A stretch of 62,260 nucleotides of DNA, filler included. It is 9 parts of 9 records of this genome, joined end to end, with 100 filler letters (N's around TTAATTAATTAA, not from the genome) between each part and the next. Parts side by side here need not be neighbours in the genome. Positions count along the whole stretch, not along the records: positions 15,180 to 20,342 come from SRR31156797_112101; positions 20,443 to 26,072 come from SRR31156797_112582; positions 26,173 to 31,669 come from SRR31156797_112614; 6 more parts are not named here. One strand, written 5' to 3'. Positions 18,597-27,425 of this stretch are shown piece by piece. Position 1 is the stretch's first letter, and every line of letters begins with the position of its first letter. The notes beneath the pieces were generated by a model that saw only the letters and a program-made list of their open reading frames with translations, did not search any database and was not told the DNA's origin. The translations under genes were made by a program, and so were the position numbers.

Positions 18597-20147
18597 ATGG
18601 CAGCAGACAGAAAACTACTACAAAAAGCAAAAGCAGGAGATGCCGAAGCTCAATACGAGCTTGGGTTCTATTACGCTCAACGGAAACGTCCCGACTTAAA
18701 AAACGCTAGTAAGTGGTGGTCAGCCGCTACTAAGCAGGGGCATATACGCGCCTGTCGGCAGCTGGCAATCTGTTACAAACAGGGCGACGGCGTCAGAAAA
18801 AATCTCCATAAATCCCTGGAACTTCTGAAACAAGCTGTCGACGGGGGCGATGCCGAAGCCATGTATCACATGGGCCTGGTGTACTCGTTTGGGCTCTCCG
18901 TCCGCGTCGATAAAGAACAAGCCGCCAACTGGTACCGACGGGCGGCCACCCGTGGAATCGGTGACGCACAGGAATACCTTGGAGACATGTATCGAGAAGG
19001 AATCGGAGTTAAGCAAAACTATCGTCTTGCGCGAAAGTGGTACGAAAAAGGGGCTCTGCAGGGACATGCAGGTTGCCAGACGGAATTGGGCCATCTCTAC
19101 AACGAAGGGGAAGGTGTAAAACTCGACCCGACAGAAGCTGTCAAATGGTACCGAAAAGCCACCCGGCAGAAAGACCCGGCAGCTATGCACAGCCTTGCAA
19201 AGAGAATGGCAGAAGGACAAGGCATTCGCAAAAACCAGAAGAAAGCCTTTGAACTATGCCTGGAAGCGGCTCAGATGGGTTACATGAATGCCCAGACCAC
19301 GATCGGAGTGATGTATCACGAAGGAACTGGAACCACGCGCGATGATAAGCAAACCGTGAAATGGTATCGCAAAGCGGCAGCTCAAGGCTGCGAAATCGCC
19401 ATGCAGAATCTCGGCCTGTGCTACAAATACGGTGACGGAGTTCAACAGGACCATAGCCAGGCAATGAAGTGGTTCCGCAAGTCGGCAGAAAACGGGTGGG
19501 ACCGCGCTCTCTATTTCATCGGCGAACAATACTACCGCGGATACGGTGTGAAAAAGAATTACACCGAAGCGATCAAGTGGTACAGGAAGGCAGCACAGAA
19601 AAATATACCCGATGCAATGGATGCCCTTGGAGACTGCTATCAATATGGACACGGTGTATCAAAGAATCATAGGAAAGCAGCTCAATGGTTTCAAAAAGCT
19701 TCACAACTCGGAGATCTTGAGGCAACCAACTCATTAGGCGTCCTCTATCATAAAGGCGCTGGTGTAAAACAAGATGACCGCAAGTCTGTCGAGCTATATC
19801 GAATCGCCGCCGAAAAAGGAAACGAATGCTCCATGTACAACCTGGGATTATGCTATACAGACGGTGATGGTGTTCGCAAAAATTCCAGACTGGCGTTCCA
19901 GTGGTTTAAAAAAGCCGCAACGCAGGGATACGCAAACGCTCAATACGAACTCGCAAATTGCTACTTCATTGGCTCTGGCACCAAAGAAAACAACAAACAG
20001 GCATTTCACTGGTTCCAGAGAGCCGCCGAACAGGGACACAAAGATGCTGTGACAAGCCTGAGTGACTGCTATACGTATGGGATTGGTACAAGAAGAGATA
20101 TGGACAAAGCTGCTTTTTGGTATAAACAAGGTAGCGATGACGAATAG
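18597..20147 (+). CDS. Sel1-like repeat protein (14 repeats, no signal peptide)
   Basis: Fourteen ~36-aa units of the type AxxxLGxxYxxGxGVxxDxxxAxxWYxKAAxxG; GAGGGG RBS before ATG 18597. Confidence 0.93.
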   Translation: MAADRKLLQKAKAGDAEAQYELGFYYAQRKRPDLKNASKWWSAATKQGHIRACRQLAICYKQGDGVRKNLHKSLELLKQAVDGGDAEAMYHMGLVYSFGLSVRVDKEQAANWYRRAATRGIGDAQEYLGDMYREGIGVKQNYRLARKWYEKGALQGHAGCQTELGHLYNEGEGVKLDPTEAVKWYRKATRQKDPAAMHSLAKRMAEGQGIRKNQKKAFELCLEAAQMGYMNAQTTIGVMYHEGTGTTRDDKQTVKWYRKAAAQGCEIAMQNLGLCYKYGDGVQQDHSQAMKWFRKSAENGWDRALYFIGEQYYRGYGVKKNYTEAIKWYRKAAQKNIPDAMDALGDCYQYGHGVSKNHRKAAQWFQKASQLGDLEATNSLGVLYHKGAGVKQDDRKSVELYRIAAEKGNECSMYNLGLCYTDGDGVRKNSRLAFQWFKKAATQGYANAQYELANCYFIGSGTKENNKQAFHWFQRAAEQGHKDAVTSLSDCYTYGIGTRRDMDKAAFWYKQGSDDE

Positions 20148-20186
20148 AAACCATCGTTCTGTCTTAATCATCTGAGTGGAGTAACC

Positions 20187-20342
20187 ATGAGCACGATACC
20201 CAACAGCCCCGCATCCGAAATCGCCTGCGAATACCTCCGCCTCCACTACACCGAAGGAGTCGGCCCGATCAAACTGAATCGCCTCCTGGATCACTTCGGT
20301 GATATCGAAGGCATCTTCGACGCATCGATCACCGCCCTGCAG
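20187..20342 (+). CDS. dprA: DNA-processing protein DprA, N-terminal fragment
   Basis: YLRLHYTEGVGPIKLNRLLDHFGDIEGIFDASITAL resembles the DprA N-terminal SAM-like domain; GGAG RBS. Confidence 0.75.
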
Positions 20343-20442
20343 NNNNNNNNNNNNNNNNNNNNNNNNNNNNNNNNNNNNNNNNNNNNTTAATTAATTAANN
20401 NNNNNNNNNNNNNNNNNNNNNNNNNNNNNNNNNNNNNNNNNN
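20343..20442. other. Artificial contig spacer 3
   Basis: Same linker. Confidence 0.99.
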
Positions 20443-21969
20443 AACGATCGGGATATCTTCTGTCGGGGAGCCAATTGGATTCCGCCGGATCCATTTCCGA
20501 GTCGGGTTACGCCAGAGATATATGAGTATCTCATCCGTTCCGCAGCCGATGCCAATATGAATACGATCCGCGTCTGGGGTGGTGGCATTTATGAAGAGAA
20601 GATCTTCTACGATTTGTGTGATGAATACGGCATGATGGTCTGGCAGGATCTCATGTTCGCATGCGCTGCATATCCATCGGATGATGCTTTTCTGGCCAAT
20701 GTGGATGATGAAATCCGTCAGCAGGTAAAACGCCTTGGGAATCATCCGTCGATTGTGTTGTGGTGCGGGAACAACGAAAATGAGGGGGCCATCCTTCATT
20801 GGTACGGGCAGGAAATGAAAGAAAAACTCTGGCCTGGATACCTTAAACTGACAAACGATGTATGCGGCGTTGCTGTTCGGGAAGAAGCTCCGGATACACC
20901 CTGGTGGCCCAGTTCACCTTCCAGCGGCGAAGGGTATGATCCCAATGAACTCAATCGGGGAGACCAGCATTTCTGGGAAGTCTGGCACATGGGGAAACCG
21001 TTCGAACGCTACCTGGAGATCGTTCCCCGATTCTGCAGCGAGTTTGGATTTCAATCATTTCCGCATTTGCAGACATTGCAGGGGGCGATCGGCTCAGAAC
21101 AAACGGACATCACAAGCCCTATGATGAGACAGCATCAACGACACGGGCGAGGCAACTCCATCATCGCAGATACATTGTCCCGGTACTTCTGGCAGCCCGA
21201 AAACCTCGATGATCTCTGTTATCTCAGTCAGATCTCACACGGCATGGCACTCAAATGGGCAGTGGAGCACTGGAGACGCAACAAACCGGAATGCATGGGA
21301 GCGCTTTACTGGCAACTGCATGATTGCTGGGTAGCAGCATCCTGGGCGAGTATCGACTATGAGCTTCGCTACAAGGCGGCTCATTATATGGCAAAGAGGT
21401 TCTTCAATCCGCTACTGGGTACTCTGGTCTGCAAAGACCACAGTCTTCAGGTCTGGGCAACCAGCGATATTCCGAAACAGCTGGAAGGCACATGGACACT
21501 GCAGGGTTGGACAATGGAGGGGAAAATGGCCAATGCGGTCTCGGGCTCGTTCGATCTTCAACCCCAGCAAAGTCTGAAGCTGGCATCGATACCAGTATCC
21601 GAGTTATTTGATGAATCCATCCCTTTGAATCAGCGGATCGTCCGTCTCGTGTTATCAACAGAAGACAGGGAACATCAGAATATCTTTACGTTCGTACCCT
21701 TCAAGGATCTGGAAATCCGAAAGCCAGAACTCTCAGTAACCTTCAGCCAGGAGGATGTGTCAGTTTCCTCGGATGTTGTTGCAATGTTCGTTGAAGTCTT
21801 CCCCGGAAATGGTGAATATGACGACAATTATTTCCACATTTTTCCTGGTGAGACAAGAACCCTGCACTGGACAGCGAATGGTTTTATACCGGGGCGTCCT
21901 CGCATACAGGTCCTGCCTTCAGAAGAAATGCAGATTCGCAGCCTGTTTGATACATTGAAACGGAAATAG
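20443..21969 (+). CDS. GH2 beta-mannosidase (5'-truncated)
   Basis: IFCRGANWIP, MNTIRVWGGGIYE, WCGNNE (acid/base), RFCSEFGFQS (nucleophile), GALYWQL. Confidence 0.92.
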   Translation, partial: NDRDIFCRGANWIPPDPFPSRVTPEIYEYLIRSAADANMNTIRVWGGGIYEEKIFYDLCDEYGMMVWQDLMFACAAYPSDDAFLANVDDEIRQQVKRLGNHPSIVLWCGNNENEGAILHWYGQEMKEKLWPGYLKLTNDVCGVAVREEAPDTPWWPSSPSSGEGYDPNELNRGDQHFWEVWHMGKPFERYLEIVPRFCSEFGFQSFPHLQTLQGAIGSEQTDITSPMMRQHQRHGRGNSIIADTLSRYFWQPENLDDLCYLSQISHGMALKWAVEHWRRNKPECMGALYWQLHDCWVAASWASIDYELRYKAAHYMAKRFFNPLLGTLVCKDHSLQVWATSDIPKQLEGTWTLQGWTMEGKMANAVSGSFDLQPQQSLKLASIPVSELFDESIPLNQRIVRLVLSTEDREHQNIFTFVPFKDLEIRKPELSVTFSQEDVSVSSDVVAMFVEVFPGNGEYDDNYFHIFPGETRTLHWTANGFIPGRPRIQVLPSEEMQIRSLFDTLKRK

Positions 21970-21984
21970 AACAGGCAGATCGAA

Positions 21985-22641
21985 TTAACCGACGAACATC
22001 TGGTTGAAGACTTCAGCGATCGCTTCGCCATGTCGTGAGACCATCCAGAGTGGAATCATCATGAGAAGAGCCCCCACCAGTACCAGGCAGACGCCAGTGG
22101 CCGAGGGCAGGCACCCTTGTGTTTCCAGGAGTGTTTCAACCTGCTGGCGAAGCTGGTCTGCATTTCTCCGTCCTTCGTCGTCTGCAGTTTCAATGTGTAC
22201 GGAAACATTCCGCAGCATGGGGATGCTCGAAAGATGGAGGGTTACGGATGGACGTTCCAACGTTGCCGTACACCCCTCCCAGTGGATGGACCATCCCATA
22301 TCATTGCAGGCACGGTCGATTAATCGCTGAAGGGAAGCGCCCGGAAGGTTATAGACAACCCAATCCTGCTCAAGGTGTCGCGTACAACGGAGCATCAGAG
22401 CTCCGCCAAGCATCAATAGCGGTAGCACTATCCAGGAGAGGTTCGCTCCTGCAAGTGTTGTGACAGGCCAGACCAGAAAGGGACAGAACACAACTGCAAG
22501 CGCCAGGAAATCGGAACGGGCATTCACAAGCCTGGGGATCGCGTGACTATTCACGAGCCCCAGCCCTACAAAGTAGGTGGCTAGTGGTCCCAGTACGAGT
22601 ATCAGCTTGACAACCAGAATGACTTGGCCGGTTGCGTCCAT
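21985..22641 (-). CDS. Membrane hypothetical protein
   Basis: 218 aa: three N-terminal hydrophobic segments, a soluble domain and one C-terminal TM. Confidence 0.7.
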   Translation of the reverse strand: MDATGQVILVVKLILVLGPLATYFVGLGLVNSHAIPRLVNARSDFLALAVVFCPFLVWPVTTLAGANLSWIVLPLLMLGGALMLRCTRHLEQDWVVYNLPGASLQRLIDRACNDMGWSIHWEGCTATLERPSVTLHLSSIPMLRNVSVHIETADDEGRRNADQLRQQVETLLETQGCLPSATGVCLVLVGALLMMIPLWMVSRHGEAIAEVFNQMFVG

Positions 22642-22681
22642 AGGGTTTCCCCTTCAACGGTCCCGCAGCTGGATTGTTGTT

Positions 22682-23041
22682 TCAGTCTTCGGGATCCTGA
22701 CTGGGTGCATTCACATGCTCACCTTGGTTTGCTACTTTTCGGTAGCCCAGGTACAGCATGATTTCAAAAACCTCGGACCAGGATGGAAATGGGCGACTGT
22801 TGACTCGCTTGTATTCATCAACCGCCATGATGAACTCCAGCAGGTCTCCACCGATTTCGCCTTCTTCAGCTTCACGACGGAGATCCCCTCGGCGACGTCC
22901 GGGCCCACGCCTACGGTCAAGTCCGCTTCGCCGTTCAACACAGCTTCGGCGTTCGGTGCTTTTCCGGCGGTCACCACTGCGACGTTCGGGGTGTTGTTCC
23001 TGTTCGAGTGTGTTATCCTGATCGTTCACCGTTTCCGACAT
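22682..23041 (-). CDS. Small protein with tandem [DE]RR repeats and a helical C-terminal domain
   Basis: ERRSGDRRKSTERRSCVERRSGLDRRRGPGRRRGDLRR followed by EFIMAVDEYKRVNSRPFPSWSEVFEIMLYLGYRK. Confidence 0.8.
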   Translation of the reverse strand: MSETVNDQDNTLEQEQHPERRSGDRRKSTERRSCVERRSGLDRRRGPGRRRGDLRREAEEGEIGGDLLEFIMAVDEYKRVNSRPFPSWSEVFEIMLYLGYRKVANQGEHVNAPSQDPED

Positions 23042-23085
23042 TCCTAGATTCCCCGATGTTAGGTTTTATCCTTTTATATTATCGG

Positions 23086-23125
23086 AAAAAAAGCGGCGGA
23101 AACCCAGAGGGTTCCCGCCGCTTTT
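23086..23125 (-). terminator. Intrinsic terminator (possibly bidirectional)
   Basis: AAAAGCGGCGGAAACCC-AGA-GGGTTCCCGCCGCTTTT; 7-nt U tract on the minus strand. Confidence 0.8.
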
Positions 23126-23147
23126 AATATTTTTTTAGATGAGATTT

Positions 23148-23573
23148 TTAGTCTTCAAACTCATCATCATCGAAATCCTCATCGTCATCAAAATCGTCGT
23201 CAAAGTCTTCATCATCAAAATCATCTTCGAATTCGTCTTCGTAGTCATCTCCGGCGTCATCGAATTCATCGTCTTCAAAATCATCATCACCCATATTGAG
23301 TTCTTCACTGCCGCCTGATTGGATCGATTCAACCACCATCGATGCACGATCGTGCATATGGTCAGGCACCAGAACTGGAACAGAACGCGAATACGCGATC
23401 ATGATTTTATCGCCGCCCCGTTCACTTTCCAGCAGCACCGGAATATTGTGGGATTCAAGAATCGTTTTATATGATTGTGCTTCTTCCAGGTCATTTGCCA
23501 TCAAAACAGGAACAAACTCAAAATGCGGATAGTCCATGTGGACGGCACTGGAACCAGATTCGTTCATTTCCAT
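23148..23573 (-). CDS. DUF2007-like small domain with a long Asp/Glu/Phe tail
   Basis: ANDLEEAQSYKTILESHNIPV...VLVPDHMHDRA pattern; about 40-aa acidic tail; AGGTG RBS before ATG 23573. Confidence 0.65.
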   Translation of the reverse strand: MEMNESGSSAVHMDYPHFEFVPVLMANDLEEAQSYKTILESHNIPVLLESERGGDKIMIAYSRSVPVLVPDHMHDRASMVVESIQSGGSEELNMGDDDFEDDEFDDAGDDYEDEFEDDFDDEDFDDDFDDDEDFDDDEFED

Positions 23574-23649
23574 GATTGGGTCACCTACATGCTTCAAATG
23601 CCAAACAGTACTACATGCGCCGAAAAGTCTATGGCGCCCGCAAATGTCG

Positions 23650-24423
23650 TCAAGTCCCCTCAGGTGACTTTTCCTCGACTTTTTCTGTTGCCCCTGCGGG
23701 ACCTGGCAAAGGCTCGGAATCGGCGGTTGTTTTCTCCTGAGGTTCTTTGCAATCCAGCCAGAGAATACCCCACTGAATCGTTGCTGTTGCACCACAGGTA
23801 GCCTCAATTGTAGCCAACAGATCCCCCAGATTGCAATTCTCGCAGGACAGATTGATGTTTGGCTGGAGAGCCTGGTATTTCTCTGAAATGCTTACAGACA
23901 CCCCGAAATTGCTCTGAATACGCCTTACCAGTGCTGTCAGGGTTGCATCGACCAGGTCCAGCGATCCTGACCGCTGAAGGAGGGAAGCCTCGTCCAGCTT
24001 TATAAGCCTGCAAAAAAGCGAAATTTCTCCGGAGCGGGCATGCCGCAGCGAGTGGGGAAAACGTTCTGGTGGAATCCAGGCTATAATACCGTCATTCCAC
24101 AAGGGTTCGAGGTTGCACGATCGGCCAATCATCAGGCAAGCCTGGAAAATTTTCCCTTTGAAAGGCTGCAGTCGCACTTTCGTCGAAAGATCCGGGGGAG
24201 ATGTCTCCTGTATTGAGCGTGGAATTCCCCACGGCGTTCCTGAAGCTTTGCTAAGCAGGTCCAGCCAGTCGCGGATACTTTTATACCCCCCGGGAAGCGA
24301 AACTTCTTTCTCGAAAAATAATGATCGGGAAGTCGGTTGTGTTTGAATTGGGGACTCTGCGTTTCCACTGCTTACATGAAGCGGAAGACAAATAAAAGGC
24401 AGGATGAATAATCCAAATCGCAT
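23650..24423 (-). CDS. Secreted hypothetical protein with two STN/secretin-N0-like domains
   Basis: Signal-peptide-like N-terminus; two similar units, e.g. SLDLVDATLTALVRRIQSNFGVSV...INLSCENCNLGDLLATI. Confidence 0.55.
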   Translation of the reverse strand: MRFGLFILPFICLPLHVSSGNAESPIQTQPTSRSLFFEKEVSLPGGYKSIRDWLDLLSKASGTPWGIPRSIQETSPPDLSTKVRLQPFKGKIFQACLMIGRSCNLEPLWNDGIIAWIPPERFPHSLRHARSGEISLFCRLIKLDEASLLQRSGSLDLVDATLTALVRRIQSNFGVSVSISEKYQALQPNINLSCENCNLGDLLATIEATCGATATIQWGILWLDCKEPQEKTTADSEPLPGPAGATEKVEEKSPEGT

Positions 24424-24507
24424 TCCCTGAAATCCACTGCTGCGTTTCCGTAATCTTAGAAAACGGGGCTGGAAGATTCAAGATGCCTGGACACTTCTTG
24501 CAGGATC

Positions 24508-26070
24508 TTATGTGTTCTTCGCTCTCGGTTGCATGTGAATGACAACCGGACCCTTCGGCGGAGTATCCTTTCCGTACGTTTCTTTGACGAGCGTAGTCGC
24601 AGCTTCTATTCCTGTTTCTGTGGAATTCAGCTTCCGGGCCGCAAGACGTTCCACTTCGAAGCGCTCGGAAGCACCCTCCGTTTTTTCCAGCCACAGGGTT
24701 TGTGTCGGGAATGCAAACTCAACACCAAGATTCTGAGCCAGGCGAATGATGTCCAGCATCAACTTGTGTCTTTCATTCAACTCGGTACTCCAGTCTGGAA
24801 CTTCGAAGAAACAATACAGAAGGATGTCCAGCGAGGAGGCTTCGAACTTGTTCAGGTAAACATGATAGTAGTCTTTTCGGGTATAGGGATGCAACAGAAT
24901 CAGCTCCCGGACACCCTCGCAGAAGGCATCAATCTTTTCCGGGGGAGTGTTGTACGTAACGCTGAGCATTTGCCTCATTCGGCGATACTGTCTGGCGCCA
25001 TAGTTATCTACCGTAGCGCCAATCAGGTTCGAATTCGGAACGACGATGAGCGAGTTATAAAACGTCCGGATGCGTGTGCTGCGGAAACCGACGGTTTCGA
25101 CGGTTCCTTCCTTGTCGCCAACCACGACCCAGTCCCCGACCTTGAAGGGTTGATCGATCAGGACCGTGATCGATCCGAAGATATTCCGGATCGTATCCTG
25201 GGCAGCCAGGGCGAAAGCCAAACCACCAAGCCCGACACCTGCGATCAGCTTGGTTGGAGGTTCCGTACTGAATTCCTGGATGATAAACAGGATACCGAAT
25301 ATCGTGATGACAACCTTCGCCGCTTTTCGCAGCATCGGAATCAGCACATCATCCATGCGTGTCGAAGTTCGCTCCGCCATCGTCGCGAAAAACGCTGTGA
25401 TCAGATCGACAGCACGGTACAGCGTCCAGACCGTGGACCAGCAGGCCACAAACTTAACCGCGGTCAGAAGTATTGCCAGCCATTCAGGAGGGAGCCCCAG
25501 CAGAGGCAATGCGACCCAGAAAACGCCTGAAACAGCAAGAATCGAAATCGGCCGGTACATCATTCGGCGGGTTGAAGCGTCAACGCTTTCTCCTTTTCGA
25601 CGCAGCAGGATGTACCCGATGATTTGCTGAATGAACATGACCAGCAAGTACACAATCAATCCGATGGGTAACAGTAGACCGATCCCAATCCACTGATAGA
25701 TTTTCAGGCCCGCCATCGGTTTATGCCATCGTGGTGGAATCCGTTCCCGAAGCCAGGAGACAGCATTAAATTGGTGGGTCTCACCCCAGATCGGTTTTTC
25801 CCCCCGAGCCAGCAGAATATCGAGTGTTTCATCAGCATTGGCAACGGTGTCCGGCGTGAAGAGCCATTGCCCGTGTTGCTCACTTGAATCCGGCATTCTA
25901 TGAAGCACGATGTATCCGATATCTCCTTGCCAGAAAACGAAAGGATCGCCTTCGTTTGAATCCGGAATGAGAGGTGGAATGATCTGCTTCACACGCCGCA
26001 TGACCTCGAACAGCGCATCGGCATATTGCTTTCGGGATTCCTGGAGTCCGATTCCAATGCCGTCTTCAGG
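24508..26070 (-). CDS. mscS: MscS-family mechanosensitive channel with extended N-terminus (5'-truncated)
   Basis: GVGLGGLAFALAAQDTIRNIFG, PFKVGDWV, GTVETVGFRSTRIRTF, VPNS, GVEFAFPTQTL. Confidence 0.93.
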   Translation of the reverse strand, partial: PEDGIGIGLQESRKQYADALFEVMRRVKQIIPPLIPDSNEGDPFVFWQGDIGYIVLHRMPDSSEQHGQWLFTPDTVANADETLDILLARGEKPIWGETHQFNAVSWLRERIPPRWHKPMAGLKIYQWIGIGLLLPIGLIVYLLVMFIQQIIGYILLRRKGESVDASTRRMMYRPISILAVSGVFWVALPLLGLPPEWLAILLTAVKFVACWSTVWTLYRAVDLITAFFATMAERTSTRMDDVLIPMLRKAAKVVITIFGILFIIQEFSTEPPTKLIAGVGLGGLAFALAAQDTIRNIFGSITVLIDQPFKVGDWVVVGDKEGTVETVGFRSTRIRTFYNSLIVVPNSNLIGATVDNYGARQYRRMRQMLSVTYNTPPEKIDAFCEGVRELILLHPYTRKDYYHVYLNKFEASSLDILLYCFFEVPDWSTELNERHKLMLDIIRLAQNLGVEFAFPTQTLWLEKTEGASERFEVERLAARKLNSTETGIEAATTLVKETYGKDTPPKGPVVIHMQPRAKNT

Positions 26071-26072
26071 AA

Positions 26073-26172
26073 NNNNNNNNNNNNNNNNNNNNNNNNNNNN
26101 NNNNNNNNNNNNNNNNTTAATTAATTAANNNNNNNNNNNNNNNNNNNNNNNNNNNNNNNNNNNNNNNNNNNN
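26073..26172. other. Artificial contig spacer 4
   Basis: Same linker. Confidence 0.99.
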
Positions 26173-26709
26173 GAAACGAATCTGCCCGTGCGGATCGAGG
26201 TGGAATTCAAGGGGATGGAAGGCGGCCGGATGAGGCAGCAGAAGCTCGTCATGGAGAACTTCGATTGGAACGCCCAACTCGACGAGAGCTTCTTCGAGCC
26301 CAACATCCCGGATGACTACACGCAGGAAGAGGACCCGAGAACCGCGCGGGCTCGGCAAGAGGATCCTGAAGCCCGGCCCCTGACCGACGAGGAGCGGGCG
26401 GCACGCCCCGAGATCAAACAGACCGTTACCCTATTCCTTCAGGCTTGCAGCGACCAGGATTGGGACGAGATCCTCAAACATGCCCCCGGCATGGCGAAGC
26501 TCCCCGCCGAGCAGAGAGAGGTTGTCGACACCCACTGTAGCGGGCTGGAGCTTATGGAGATGGGCGAGCCGTTCAAGACAGCAGAGTCCGATACCTGGCT
26601 GGTCCCCTGCCAGATCGAATGGAAGGCGCGAGGCCCGGGCAGCAACAAGGAGATTCGTGTCCGCTACGACGAGACGCTGGGCAAGTTTGTCATCGTCGGT
26701 GGGCTGTAG
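26173..26709 (+). CDS. C-terminal fragment of a LolA/RseB-like protein with an extra small domain (probable anti-sigma of an upstream cassette)
   Basis: ETNLPVRIE...FDWNAQLDESFFEPNIPDDYT parallels the TKLPV...FEIIIPAGY ending of the LolA-like domains downstream; followed by the same hairpin. Confidence 0.6.
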   Translation, partial: ETNLPVRIEVEFKGMEGGRMRQQKLVMENFDWNAQLDESFFEPNIPDDYTQEEDPRTARARQEDPEARPLTDEERAARPEIKQTVTLFLQACSDQDWDEILKHAPGMAKLPAEQREVVDTHCSGLELMEMGEPFKTAESDTWLVPCQIEWKARGPGSNKEIRVRYDETLGKFVIVGGL

Positions 26710-26746
26710 GTCGGACGCAATTCAAACGGCAGCGGCGGCACACATC

Positions 26747-26779
26747 AGGCCGGGTCCACAGGACTCGGCCTTTTCTTTT
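26747..26779 (+). terminator. Intrinsic terminator, cassette copy 1
   Basis: AGGCCGGGTCC-ACA-GGACTCGGCCT followed by TTTCTTTT. Confidence 0.8.
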
Positions 26780-26799
26780 GCGCTGAGAAAATGCTCCAG

Positions 26800-26833
26800 C
26801 GGTATACTAAAGAGGGCGGACCAACGTGATATA
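26800..26833 (+). promoter_or_regulatory. Putative ECF autoregulatory promoter, copy 1
   Basis: CGGTATAC-N17-CGTGATATA; CGTG ends 48 nt before the sigma ATG, as in copy 2. Confidence 0.6.
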
Positions 26834-26876
26834 GGGTGAAGACGGCCGTTTTCACCGGTACCGTGCGGGCCCAATT

Positions 26877-27425
26877 ATGCTGGAAGACGAAAAACTCAAG
26901 TGGCAGTTCAAGTGCGGCAGCTCTGAGGCGTTGACGCGGATCTACGAGAAGTACGTCGATACGCTGCTGACGCTGGCGATGGGATTGCTCAACGACACGG
27001 CGGAAGCCGAGGACGTGGTCCAGGACGTGTTTGTCAGTTTCGCGAAATCGGCCAACGGATTCACCCTGCGGGGCAATCTCAAGGCCTATCTGACCACGTC
27101 GGTGGTCAATCGCGTCCGCGACCGCATCCGCCGTCAGCGGCGTCGACCCACGGCGCGCAGCGAAGAAGTCCCGGTCGCCTCCGAGGCACGCAGTCCCGAG
27201 GAACAACTGGTGTTCAGTGAATACGCCGGACGCCTGGGCGAGGCCCTGGACGGACTTCCACAAGAACAACGTGAGGCCATTGTGTTGCGACTCAAGACCA
27301 ACATGAAGTTCAAGGACATCGCCAGGCTCCAAGGCATCTCGGTCAACACGGCCCTGGGGCGCTACCGATACGGACTGCGAAAGTTACGGTCAAGCTTGAA
27401 CGGCGAGGTGGAACATGACACCTGA
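26877..27425 (+). CDS. ECF RNA polymerase sigma factor, paralog A
   Basis: Region 2 AEAEDVVQDVF...YLTTSVVNRVRD; region 4 LPQEQREAIVLR...FKDIARLQGISVNTALGRYRYG. Confidence 0.94.
   Translation: MLEDEKLKWQFKCGSSEALTRIYEKYVDTLLTLAMGLLNDTAEAEDVVQDVFVSFAKSANGFTLRGNLKAYLTTSVVNRVRDRIRRQRRRPTARSEEVPVASEARSPEEQLVFSEYAGRLGEALDGLPQEQREAIVLRLKTNMKFKDIARLQGISVNTALGRYRYGLRKLRSSLNGEVEHDT

Noticed and set aside
23070-23110. FliA-type promoter (TCCGATAA) upstream of the [DE]RR gene
   Set aside because: The -10-like octamer is present on the minus strand, but no TAAA -35 element sits at the required spacing.
23574-23807. N-terminal extension of the 219-aa ORF 23148-23807
   Set aside because: It overlaps the upstream gene; an RBS-supported start exists at 23573.
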